64,000 nt of DNA from Zygnema circumcarinatum SAG 698-1b. Its lineage: Eukaryota > Plantae > Zygnematophyceae. The notes under the pieces are model-generated. The model searched no databases, had not been told where the DNA came from, and saw nothing but the letters and a program-made list of their open reading frames with translations. The stretch lies in assembly GCA_037447605.1 (NCBI GenBank), contig CM074813.1:372001-436000 (forward strand), written 5' to 3'. Of the stretch, positions 35,201 to 47,145 are shown in pieces (the stretch's first letter is position 1; the number at the start of each line of letters is the position of its first letter). The position numbers and the translations under genes are program-made.

Positions 35201-37836
35201 AGTTTGAGGTGAAATTTGAAAATTTCCGAAAATCGGCGAAGCGTGGGATTGCTGCATTTTTGAGACGAGGTCGGAAAAATAGACTCCGGGAATTGCGTCC
35301 AATGTCTTGAAAAAGTTTTGGATTGAACCGACGAAGTCTATGTCTTCCCTCATCTGCCCCCAAAAAAAAAAAAAAAAAAAAAAAAGGGAACTTTAGGGGG
35401 GAAAAGTGGGAAGGAGGAAGAAGGGGAGAGAGAATACTCAAATTTCAAAAATAGATGAGAAGTAAAAACTTTGGTTTTTGGTTTTGGGTTTTTGGGTTTT
35501 GGATTTTGGGTTGAGCACCTTATGCATAGAGCCGAGCTGAAGAACACCGCTCGCGACAGGAATTGCAGCAATGGTCTGGAAAAAAAAAAAAAAAAAACGA
35601 AAACGAAAAGATTCAAAAGGTAAACGCTGCGAATTTGACGGTACATAATCCTGCATTTCAAAAAGTAAGCAAGAGTTAAAAAAGAATTGAAAAGAAAAAA
35701 CAAAGTTTGGACTCACCTTCACTCCGAGCCGCCATTGGTCCTTCCACTCAAAGTGAAACTGCAGGAAGCATCACTAATGTCAGAGATGAGAGTGAGAGAG
35801 AGAGAGAGAGGGAGAGAGAGAGAGAGAGGAGGGGAGGGGGCAAGAGAAGAGGAAAGGGATGAGCAAGAGGAGACGAGAAGGGGAGGAGGGAGTAGGAGAG
35901 AACAGGGAGGGAGAGAGTGGAAAGAAAGAGCGAGAGAGATGGGGCTGGGAGGAAAAGGAGGTTCCACTGGATAGAGAAAGGATGGAAAGAAAATGATAGT
36001 GAGAGAGAGAGAAAGAGAGGAAAGAGGAGCACATAAGCGAGGAAGAGAGTGACAGAAGAGGTGCAAAACAACGAGGGAGACAAAGAGAGCGAGAGAGAAA
36101 TTCCAATAAGAGGGAGAGAAGGGAAAGAAAAGAGAAGATAGCGGCCTGAGAGGTCGAGTGAAAAAAAAATACGTGCGAAGCAGCGTGAAGGAGAAGAAGT
36201 GCGAGAGAGAGGGAGAGAGAGAGGGAGAGAGAGGGGGAGAGAGAGAGGGAGAGAGAGGGGGAGAGAGAGAGGGAGCGAGAGTGGGAGAGAGAGAGGGAGA
36301 GAGAGAGGGAGAAAGAGGGAGAGAGAGAGGGAGAGAGTGGGGGAGAGAGAGGGAGAGAGAGGGAGAGAGAGGGGGAGAGAGAGGGAGAGAGAGAGGGAGA
36401 GAGAGGTGCTCCAATAGAGGGAGAGACGGGAGAGGAAGCGGGAGAGGTCTCTCTCACCCTGCTTCCGTGGGCTGACCCCATCAGAGGGGTGGGCCCTGCA
36501 AAGGCGGAACTGTCAACGGTTTCCATGGGCGAAAACTGCCACTGATATTGCTGGCAGCGGGCCACGCGTCCAATCACTCTGGAAAAAAACAAAGGGGAAA
36601 ACAAAATAACAGAAAAAACAAGGGAGGAAAACCACATTTTCAGTTCACAAGTCACGGAACACCGAATTTGACTCTGCTCCTCCTCCTCTCTCCCCTCCCT
36701 CCCTCCCTTCGCCCCTCACCACCTACCCTCCTCCCTCCCCCCCCCAACCACTCCTCCATCCCCCCGCCAACCGCTTCTCCCTCCCTCCCCCACTCCCCTC
36801 CCCTCCTCCCTCCCTCCCCCTCCCTTCCTCTCCTACACTACTCCGTCCGCCCCTTCCCCCCTCCCTCNNNNNNNNNNCCCCCCCTCCCTCCCTCTCCTCC
36901 CCTCCTCCCTCTCCTCCCCCCCTCCCTTCCCCCCTTACTTACCCCTCCCCGAGGCGGTGCACCTGGCACGCCATTTTGGAGAAGGCGAGGCTGAGCTCCG
37001 CGAAGGCGGGGTCCGCGCACACCACAGCCTCTCCGCGCACCATCGACATTCTCGAGAAGGCGAAAAAACCATCCTCCCAGAGCAGGTTTCTGCACTCAAA
37101 AGAGGAAAGTGGAAAGTTAAAAAAAAGAGAAAGAAGACGAAGAAGTGAAAGTGAAAGTGGTTGAATGGAGATAAAATTTGTTCGCTTCATCACATTTTGT
37201 GATTAAAAGCTCCTTACGCGAAAAAAACACGAAAAAATCAGACATAAAGAAAGGGAAGGAAGAGAAAGGGTATGTTCACAAAAGTTTATATTGCAGCCGG
37301 TGTGGTGCATGGGCGAGGGTAAAGAGGAGCGAAGGGAGGGGAGAGAGGAGGCAGGGAAGAGGGGGAAGCGGGAGAGCGAACAAGACAAAACAAGGCCCTC
37401 ACGCCCTCCCCTCCATCCCCATCCCTCCCCCCTTCCCCCCTCCTCCCTCCCTTGCTCCTTCCCTCTACCCCCTCTCCTCCCTCCCTCTCCGCACTCCCCC
37501 ACCCCCTCTCCCACTCCTCCCCCCCTTTCCCCCTCCCCTCTCCCTCCCTCTATCCTTCCCTCACTCCCTCCCCACTNNNNNNNNNNCCCTCGTCTCCCTC
37601 CCTCCTCCCTCCCTCCTCCCTCCCCTCCACTCTCGTTTTCTTTTTGTTGTTACATTTTTCCCTCCCCGTTACCGAGCACTCCAAGTAATTCCATTCGCTA
37701 ATTCCCAAAAGCGGAGCAGGAAGGGGAAGGAAAGGACGCACTGGCGGTTCCCGCCCTTGGCCTTCCACAGCACGGCGTACCCCCACCCCTCCCGCGAGCA
37801 CAGCCGCTGCAGCGTCTCCTGCAGAAGGTCCGCCAT
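30449..37836 (-). CDS. LHW: LONESOME HIGHWAY-like bHLH transcription factor (bHLH-MYC_N + atypical bHLH + ACT-like), ~1187 aa
   Basis: Exons 37836-37742, 37089-36943, 36578-36458, 35758-35717, 35575-35519, 35353-32627, 32334-32245, 32190-32134, 31109-30984, 30550-30449, all phase-consistent. Motifs LLQETLQRLC...WGYAVLWK, LLWEDG, GEGVIGRVA, KTIAAIPV..GVLQLGS and RPRPRDRQLFKDRIEDLR. Confidence 0.85.
31300..32130. repeat. ~95-bp unit C/T-rich minisatellite (~8 copies) in LHW intron
   Basis: The unit ctctcccacctccccactccgtcctcccctctctgtcc...ccgacctcc...ccgacgtcc recurs at 31321, 31416 and onward. Confidence 0.85.
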
Positions 37837-39500
37837 GGATTCCAAAACCCTAACACTGTAACCCTAACCCTAAAATGCTAATCCTAACCCTAATCCTGAT
37901 GTTTTGGTCTCCTTAGCTCGACCAGGAGCCAGATTTTGAGGCGGAAAGCAGCTTTGAAAGATGCAGAGATACCCGGTTCGATCCCGAACGTGTCCGATAT
38001 TCCCTCGACAATCATATGCTGCAAATTTCTCGCCAAAAATGCGCCGAAAATTGCTCTAATGCTGCGCAGAGCTCATCATCGTCTGAATCGGCTCTCAGAA
38101 AATTAGGGCTGGAACGATCAGTGTACGGACAAATACCACACGTGCGAGAGACGTGTAAAAATTTTGGGCAACGAACGGACGGTCTCTGATTGGCTTTGGG
38201 CGAGGACCGGGCAGGCCGATTCGTTACTGTTCCTACCCGAGAAAAAAAAAAGTTTTTCGACGACAGATACGCCGGCGGGATCTGCCCGCAAACGAATGAT
38301 TCCAAATTGTGAGGGCCAGATAATTGTCAAGTAAGTTCTTTAAAAAACTTTGACGATTCAGAGTACGCCACGTAAGCCAAAAGCATCGTTTTAGAGGGAT
38401 TTGGAAAGGATTCTAGACCATGAAAGTAATATAATGTTTTTAAAATTAGTTGGTTGGCCCTGCCGCAGGTCTGCTCTCTCCGCTTGCTGCCAAAACTGAC
38501 CGCCCACTTGTGTCCTGATTCCAGCTGTCGCCGCAAGATCGGACGGCAAAGATCTTGTTTGTTGCCTTTTCGTACCATTTTATTCGACTTCTGTCCGATA
38601 TTCATGACCTGTAACCACTTAAACCACGACACGTGTCGTATCTATCTGATGAATCGCAGCCTACGAACATGGCCAATGGCCATCGGCGAGAAGTCTTGTC
38701 TACTAGTGCAATAAAACGACAAAATATTTGATCTAAGCCAAAAGCAGATGTTCGTTTTTCGTCGTTTATATAGTTAATGAACCCGAATCGTATCTGCACT
38801 ATGCTCAAATTTTACCGTACAAATTTGTTGTGATCGTTGTACGGTTTGTCGTCACGTGCTCTCTTTTGAACCTGAATTCGAAAAATTGCGATTTCATTAA
38901 ATGAAGCTTAATAATCGCAAAACGCCGCACCTACTTAGAAGTGCACAAATGAATAAGTACTCTTATTGTGATATACGATAAAATGAAAATTGTACTAGTT
39001 TTGGTTTTTCTTATGCTAACGAGAAATGCCAAGGTTTTTGTGACCTATTGCTAAAATCCAAAGAAAATCGGATTTCCTTCTTCTTTTCCTTTTGATCGTT
39101 TTCTCGATTGACCGCGGCCTCCGTCCGTCGATGTACTGTCGGTGACCGTACGTATTGCAGATATCGTTAACATATCGCTGTCGGTACTGCCGATGTTAGA
39201 CTTAAGTATCGTCCTGGTCCTCATATCGCCTACCGCTATGTCTCGATACAGTACTGCTGCTGGAAAAGTTCAAAGTCTCAAGTATGAAGTTTGAAGTTTG
39301 CGACCAGTTTTCAAAAATAAAATTCCTGAAATTATGAATTTTGCGTTTCATGGTATGGGGAATTGCGCAGCGTTTGAGCATCAATTGCATTTCTAATCAA
39401 AAACTGAAAAACACCATTCGACAATCAATTGCATTTCTAAACCAAAAATTAAAAATTAAAAATTAAAAATACTAAAATACATTCCCAGGTGGCGTGCGTG

Positions 39501-39563
39501 CTAGGTCCGCCCTAAGCCTCGCCCGCCCTCCTCCCCCCACCTTCGGGACCTGTCCTTTCGCTC

Positions 39564-39603
<40 letters not shown>

Positions 39604-42600
39604 GCGACATCATCACCGTCCTCGACATAACTTGTCCAGAAGTCGCCTTCCTTCGCCGTCCGATTTGGGCGGACTTTATCGGACGCCCACCACGCGTCCT
39701 CGTCTTCTGACGACTGCTTCAACAGGTCGGCTCCCTGTTGGGAAGGGACAAAAGAAAGGAGAGAGTGAGAGAGAGGACAAGAGACGGGGGGGGGGGAGCG
39801 CGGGAGAGAGGGGAGGGGGAGAGAGAGGGGGGGGAGGGGTGGAGAGAGGGGGGAAGAGAGAGGGGGGAAGCGAGAGGGGGGAGAGCGAGTGGGTGGAGAG
39901 AGGTGGGGAGAGAGACGGGGGGAGAGAGAGGGGGGAAGAAAGAGGGGAGGAGAGAGAGCGGGGGAGAGACGGAGGGGAGAGAGAAGGGGGGAGAAAGAGG
40001 AGGGAGAGAGAGAGGGTGGGAGTGAGGGGGTAGAGCGGGGGTGGAGAGAGTGGGGAAAGGCGAGGGGGAGAGGGTGGGGAAGACCGAGTGGGGGAGGGAG
40101 AGAGGGGGAGAGAGGGGGGAAGAGGGAAGAGAGGAGGAGAGGAGGACCGGAGAGAGTAAAATACTATATAATCAAGAAATGGGAACGTACCGAATACGAA
40201 TCTCCCCTAAACCTTTCTTGCCCCATTTTTTCAACTTGGTTGTTTTCGCTACCCTCCTCCTCATCTTCAGCAAACTGCGAAATTTTTACGCGCTGCAAAA
40301 TTGGAGGCTGAAATGAAATTTCTTCGTCGTCAGACCCGGATTCGTCCTGTAGCTCGTCTTCCAGAGCCCTCCTATTGCGCCACCTGTCAAGCGTTGATTG
40401 GGCCACCATTGCCGCCCGCCCACTCACAACATCGTCCCATGAAAAGAACAGATCGGCAGATTTCTGCTTCCTTCCAAAAACACAAGAAAGGACAAAGCAA
40501 AAACAAAAAGATTAAACAAAGGTGCAGGAATCATGTGACCGAATACATCCAAAAAGAAATAATGGTTCAAAAATGGCCCTAACTTTGCCTTGCCGCTACT
40601 TCCACAAGCAGAGCTCACTCTCTGAATGCAGCTGCAAGTCACAGGCTGCCCTGGGGAGAGAGAAAGAAAGCAAGGAAGAGGGGAGACAGAGAGAGAGCGA
40701 GAGAGAGATAGGGAGAGGTAGGGGGAGCGAGGGAGGAGAAAGAGCGAGAGAGAGATAGGGAGAGATAGGGAGAGAGTGAGGGGAGAGAGAAATAGGGAGA
40801 GAGAGAGAGGGGGGAGAGAGAGATAGGGAGAGAGGGAGAGAGGGAGAGAGAAAGGGGGAGGAGAGAGATAGGGAGAGAGAGGGGGGAGTGTGGGAGGGAA
40901 GAGAGATAGGGAGAGAGTGAGAGGAGAGAGAAATAGGGAGAGAGAGAGAGAGGGGGGAGAGAGAGATAGGGAGAGAGGGAGATAGGGAGAGAGAAAGGGG
41001 GAGGAGAGAGATAGGGAGAGAGAGGGGGGAGAGTGGGAGAGAAGAGAGATAGGGAGAGAGAGAGGGGAGAGAGAAATAGGGAGAGAGAGAGGGGAGAGAG
41101 AGAGAGGGGGAGAGAGGGAGATAGGGAGAGAGAAAGGGGGAAGAGAGAGATAGGGAGAGAGAGGGGGGAGAGAGGGAGGGAGAGAGATAGGGAGAGAGGG
41201 AGATAGGGAGAGAGAAAGGGGGAAGAGAGAGATAGGGAGAGAGAGGGGGGAGAGAGGGAGGGAGATAGATAGGGAGAGAGAGAGAGGGGAGAGAGAGAGG
41301 ACTTTGCTTTGGCAAGTGGGGCTCACTCTCAGAGCAAAGGCGTTTCCGACGACAAGTGTCAGCACGCCATTGGCTTTTGCCCACCGAAGAATTTCGGAGA
41401 ATCCTTTGTCGTCTGAGATAAGACAAATTGCGCTGACCTGGCGGCTTCTGATTGCAGCAGTCATGTCCTTCATTAATGCTTCGTCCGCTGCCTGAAAAAC
41501 TTTATGAGGAAAAGGGCGAGAATTAGGGTTTCACTTTATCCATTAAGAGGAAAAGGGGAGGAGGAGGGGGAGGTCGAAGATGTGATGGCAAAAAACAGGG
41601 AGAGAGAGGAACTGATAGATTGAGAGAGAGAGAGAGAGAGAGGAAAACAGAGAGAGAAACGTGAGTGATGGAAGAAAGCTGCCTTCAGAGAGGAGGGAAA
41701 ACAGGAAGCTCCTTTAGTTACACACATGACTAAAACCACGGAACTCTCCGTCACATGGATATCCGTCGACTTTCTGAAATTAAAAAGAAAAAAACTCAAT
41801 TCAGTGATTTCACGATGATTTTTTCACCAAAGAAATGGAAAATTTTCACCTCCGGTGCATCGCTGACGAGTCGCACATGGACCCCTGTTCTCCTCAGTTC
41901 CCCCATCAGTCCATATCCCGATTTTGGGGTCAAAACAGACTTTGCAGCTTCCGCATATCGGATCGACTTTTCCCGATATTTGTCAATAAGCTTTCGCCGT
42001 CGGCTGCCACGGAAAACGGTACATGGAGAGGTCAAAACAGCTAGATTGTTGATTTGTGGACTCTGCCTACCTCTCCCTCCCTCTCCCTCTCCCTCCCTCT
42101 CTCTCCCTATGCCTCTCGCCTATCTTGCTTCTCATTTCTGGTCGTTTCTCCTATGATTCCTCCACTCCAAAAGCACTTCCCTGCCGTTTCTCTCTTTTCA
42201 ACCTGAGCCACATTCGTTCCATTCTCCTCCTCTTCCACATCTCTCGCTCTCTCTCTTTCTCTCCGTTTCTCATTCTCTCGTTCTCTCTCACTTTCTGTCT
42301 CTATCTCTCCCTCTCTCTCAGTTCTCCTGACGTCCCTCACGTCCTTCGCCTCTCGTTCCCGCCCCATTTCCCTACCACCCTTCTGACCCTCTCTCTCCAC
42401 CTTCCCTCTCTTCACCCGCTCTCCCCCCATCCTTTTCTCTCCCCTCCCCCTCAAGCAGCCATGAAGATATTCTCACCTTGGGCTCACCTGCTTCATATGG
42501 TTCACCTTCTTCTGCTGCTCCCTCTCATGCAAGTTCTTAAAATGTGCTTTCAATTTCACTGCAGTTTTCAAATATGCCCCGCAGAGCCCACAGCGGTAGG

Positions 42601-43640
42601 GCTCCTCCGGCAGCAAAAGGCCCCTCCGCTCCATCTCCTCCTGTTGCTTTTTTAATATTCGTTCTCGCCGGACTCGTTCCGGAACCCAATTGAAAGCATG
42701 TCTGAATAGAATCACGGGGAACACACAATGGAAAAAAGGAAATGAGTACGTTTCTTGGGCTATTTGGTGATTCAAGGTCTGAATGTAGCCTTGTTGGTTG
42801 CTTGTTCACTGTCCAATGTTCAATGTTCATGTTCAATGTTCATGTTCAATGTTCATGTTCAATGTTCATGTTCAATGTTCATGTTCAATGTTCATGTTCA
42901 ATGTTCGCGTTCAATGTTCATGTTCAATGCATGTTCAATGCTCATGTTCATTGCTCATGTCTAATGCCCATGTTCAATGCTCATGTTCAGTGTTCATGTT
43001 CAATGCATGTTCAATGTTCGCGTTCAATGTTCAAGTTCAATGCATGTTCAATGCTCATGTTCAGTGTTCATGTTCAATGTTCAACTGCCCATCCACATCC
43101 CATACACCACTGCAACCCCCACACATTCCCCCCCAGCTTCCACAGCAACGTGCCACGTGTCACCCACCGATTGGCGTATGCCAGCACGTCCACCACGTCA
43201 GCAAAGTGCAGCGCCAGCTGGCGCAGCCGCAGCGCCACCTCCGCGGGCGGCGCCTCGTTGGGCTGCTTGTTGTCCAAGTCCCAGAACACGGCCGCCCTCT
43301 CCTCTCCCCCTCTCTCTCGTCCTTCCGCCATGGCCATGGCCACGGCCATGCCCCTCCTTTTGACGCCACAGTCATGCCCATGGCGGGCATGGCGTCCGCA
43401 TGGCATGGCATGGCAGTAGGCGGAGCTCCAGGGTGAGGGAGGGAAGGGGGAGGGGGAAGGGGGAGGGAGGAGGGAAGAGGGTTTAGGGTTTAAGAGGGAA
43501 GGGAGAGAGGAGAGAGGTCTGGCGGTGAGGGAGGAAGCCACGTGGCAGATAAAGGAGGAGGAACTAAGGGGGAAGATGCGGAAGGCGGCCATGGAGGGGA
43601 GTCGGGCGGCAGAAGGGAGGAGGGTGGCGGTTACCGCCAT
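39501..43640 (-). CDS. NYN (LabA/PIN-like) domain protein with inserted C2H2 zinc finger, transit peptide and acidic tail
   Basis: Exons 43640-43168, 42701-42477, 42003-41850, 41491-41327, 40463-40191, 39734-39501. Motifs VFWDLDNK, AYANRHAF, YRCGLCG...HFKNLHERE, LTPKSGYGL..ELRRTGV and CLISDDKGFS. Confidence 0.88.
42813..43083. repeat. 13-bp (ATGTTCAATGTTC)n satellite in NYN intron 1
   Basis: About 20 copies, perfect at the left end and degenerating to the right. Confidence 0.93.
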
Positions 43641-43671
43641 GGCTTGAGGAGGGAGGGGAAGGGAGGAGGGT

Positions 43672-43900
43672 TCAGGGATTAGGGCTGAGGAATTAGAGTT
43701 GAGGGGTTTGGATTAGGGTTCAGGGCTAAGGTGGTAGGGCTTAGGGTTTAGGCTTTAGGGTTTAGGGCATAGAGCTTAGGGTTTGGGGTTTAGCGTTTAG
43801 GGTCTAGGGTTGAGATCCAGGGTTTAGGGTTCAGGAAATTGGTCGTGGTCAGGGTTTTGGAAGGAGGGTGGAGCAGGAGGGAAGGATTTTAGGGTTCAGG
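43672..43900. repeat. Degenerate (TTTAGGG/TTAGGG)-like telo-box array upstream of the NYN gene
   Basis: Repeated ttagggttt, tttaggg and ttcaggg units starting ~30 bp upstream of the minus-strand ATG. Confidence 0.75.
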
Positions 43901-44652
43901 GAGATGAAGACGATGCCCATCCTATGAGTGCTGTTCCGTTGGAGAACAACGTTTCCATGGTTGCGGCTCCATGCTGAAAGAGCAACGCAAATCTGTCGAC
44001 AGCGTGCACGCATAGAGCCGCAGTTCGGTTTTCACAGGAACAAGTTCAGACAAACAACAGAGAAACGAGCTTTTCCTTGTCCTTGTTTGTTCCGTTCCGT
44101 TCTTTACTGAGAACGCTCAACAGGGCGCATAGATTTAGGGTCGTCCTGGAGCCGGTTCAACATTCGACGGTCAGGATCCGTCCAACGTTCACGATCGACG
44201 ACCACGATTACGCCACGTAATCATTGTGGAAAATTGGAAGGTTGTTTATAACGAGTACATTCAAGAGAAAAAATTATTGATTTGCGATGTACTTGTTTTA
44301 TTATTTGACTTACTGGCGATATTTTGAACAGTGTCACTGGAAGTAAAACAGGAATGTCCGGACAGCGATCGGCTGCCGCCGATATATTTCGATATTTCAG
44401 TATTATAGTGATGACGTCAGTGTCAGAAAACCACGAGTGGAAGGAAGGTATTATCGGAGATAGGTTCTTCTGACGCCGGTTGCCCGGAAGCTTCTAATGT
44501 ACGGAAACGACGACGCGGCTGGATAGGTCGACACTAGAGGCTACTAATAGGAGGGTGAGCGACAGGTGAAGTAGGGCTGCCGGAGGGAGGGAGGGAAGAG
44601 TGCGGGGAGTGAGGGGAGAGAGAGGGAGAGGGAGAGAGAGAGGGGGGTGGTG

Positions 44653-45771
44653 ATGGCGATGATAGAGCTGACGGAATGGGGAGGAGTGGCGGCCAATCTC
44701 AAGTGGCCAGCTGTCGTGGCGCTTGCTTCGCAGCTCCTCTACTTCGTGGTCAGCTCTTCTCTCTCTCTCTCTCTCGCTCTCTCTCTCCCTCCTTGCGATC
44801 GCTCTCTCGCTCATTTTTTCCCTCTCTCTTTCCCACTCTCCCTCTTCCCCACACTCTCTCTCATATTGGGCTCTCCACTTCTCTCCATGCCCCCTCCACT
44901 CTCTGTCATCGAAACAGCTCAGACGCAATTATCACAGCTTACATTTCATCCTTCTTCGATGAACCAATTCGTTTAGTTTTCGTATGCTGAGATCTTATGT
45001 TTCGGCATGTTGCATGTTCAGCTGCTTGGTTCGTTGGCCAAGGCGAGGTACAAGCACAGAATCTTCCCTCCGGCCACGAGCGGACATCCCGACTTCGACC
45101 GCTTGTTTCGAGTACAAATGAACTTCGTCGAACAATACGTGAGAGTTTTCTCGTTCTTCCCCCTCTCCCTCTCCCTCCTCCTCTCCCTCCTCCTCTTCCC
45201 TCCACCCTCTCACTCGCTCTCTTCTCTCCCTCTCTCACCCTCTTTCTCTCCCTACCCCCCTCTTGCTTTCCCCACCCACTCGTTCACTCCCCTCTCCTCT
45301 CTCTCTCTCTGCCCCCCATCTCTCTCTCCCCTCTCCACCCTCTCCCCCACTCTCTCACCTATCATACAATTCTCCTCTCTCTCCATCCACGGCCTCTCTC
45401 CCTCTTCTCCCCACTCTTACTTCCGTCACTCTCGTACCACGTCTCCGACACTCAATCAAACAAATGCCATCAATGGAATGCCAGTTCCGTCTAACTGATG
45501 CCTTCCAACTGTGTTTCCATGTGTGTGTGCCTCCCTCCAACGAACGCAGCCTCTCTTCGCCCTCTCCCTCGTCCTCTGCAGTCTCTCCGTGAGCGGCCCT
45601 GTGGCCGCCGTCCTGGGCGCCGTCTGGGTCGTGTTCCGCGCGCTCTACTCGTACCGCTACGCCGCGCGGAAAATGGCCAAAGATATTTTTCTCTATACGG
45701 TCCCGCAGTACTTGGCGGTGCTCCTCATGTTCGTGCTGCCGGTCATTCGCTCATTCTTTTGGGCGGTTTAA
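44653..45771 (+). CDS. MAPEG family membrane protein (microsomal GST/LTC4S-like), copy A, 144 aa
   Basis: Exons 44653-44748, 45022-45138, 45550-45771. Motif ARYKHRIFPPATSGHPDFDRLFRVQMNFVEQYP plus hydrophobic helices and R.LYSY.Y. Confidence 0.88.
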
Positions 45772-47145
45772 ACTTGACCCTCCGAAATTAAGGCATGTGT
45801 GGTATTTTATAAGACGGGTAGCGCGGGTTTAGGGCAAACATATGCTTGTAATTAATTTGATTAAGTTTTCAGCTCTTGAAGGGATTGCACGGATAATAGT
45901 CTGTCTTGTACTGGATAAACCTTCAACATTTCTGTCTACATAATGTAGTTGGTTTATGATGATGATGCTGAACCGAAATGATGACAAGGGTGATGGAGAC
46001 CTTTGCAAGCTGATGATGCTTGCTGTGTGTGGGTTTCTTGTATAGCGCAGCTGTTAAATGTCTGTTAACCTTCACCTTGACAGCTTTAGGGAACCCTAAA
46101 ACCCCTCTAGCCAAAATGTTTACAGAATAACCTGTCGAAGGCGGTTACTGTATACACAAAACTTTACTGTGACTGTCCTCATAGCTTATAGCCGAACTCA
46201 ATTGACGGCATATAAGGCTCGCCACGGACACCTTCTCTGTATCTAGTTTTTTAGAAAACGTGCTAAGTGACTATACTGTGGGCATGGAGGGTAAAGGAGT
46301 AAGGAAACCCTAAATTACTTGGGAAGTGTTGGGCTCTGTCTCCCCCCTTGGCTGATGCCCACCACTCCCCTGCCCCACTCCCTCCCTCTTGCGGCTCGAC
46401 CCTACCACAGTCTCTGTCCTCTCCATCTCTTCACCCTCCTCCTGTCTCTTCCCTTTCCCCTTCCTCGGTCTTCCCCCGGCCGCTCTCTCGCTGACTCCCT
46501 CCCTCTCCCCCTCTCACTCCCTCCCTCACTCTTTGACCCCTTACCTTTTTCCCACTACTATCCACTTCCCTTCTGTCCCTCCCTCCCCTCCTCTCACCTC
46601 CTCTCACTCCCGTCCTCTCTCCCACTCCCTCTCCCACTCCTCTCTCTCCCACTCCCTATCTCTTTGCGATGGAGAAAGTTGTTGGCAGTTCGCACTTTTC
46701 TCACCGCTCGGCTGTAAACTTAACCACCATCCTGTGGACTTTATCAGCGCCAACGCGCTAGGGGCACCCCACGAGCGCTGCACCCACAGCTCAACTATTG
46801 TTGGGAATTTCAATACATTACCGTAAACAGACAGTACCATAGTAAAGTGGTTCGTCCTTGTCACAACTACAGTTGCCAGCATCATCACCATCACCATAAA
46901 CCAACCACACTATGTTAACAGAAAAAGTGACGGTTAATTCAGTTCAAGACAAAAAACTTGTCTGCGCAATTCTTGCAAGACCTTACAACTTAATCAAACG
47001 GCTAATGTAGCATTGATCTCACAATGGCGACGCCGTCAAATGTACAAGGACAAAATCATCATGGGGAACCACGAGATCATTGTTCTAAACCCGCGCTACC
47101 CGTGTTACAAAATGCCGCACATGCCTTAATTTCGGAGGGTCAACT

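Noticed and set aside
37915-37992. tRNA-like elements: TAGCTC, a gcagc-tttgaaa-gatgc hairpin and GGTTCGATCCC
   Set aside because: No acceptor stem or D-arm could be folded, and the T-stem has only 3 pairs. At most a decayed tRNA or SINE head. tRNAscan-SE would decide.
42813-43083. Possible CRISPR-like or regularly spaced array
   Set aside because: Contiguous tandem units with no unique spacers, in a eukaryotic context, and no cas genes. The same applies to the other repeats in the window.
42742-43419. Cys/Met-rich ORFs (CSCSMFMFNVHVQ repeats) resembling metallothionein
   Set aside because: Produced by the 13-bp intronic satellite on the non-coding strand of the NYN gene.
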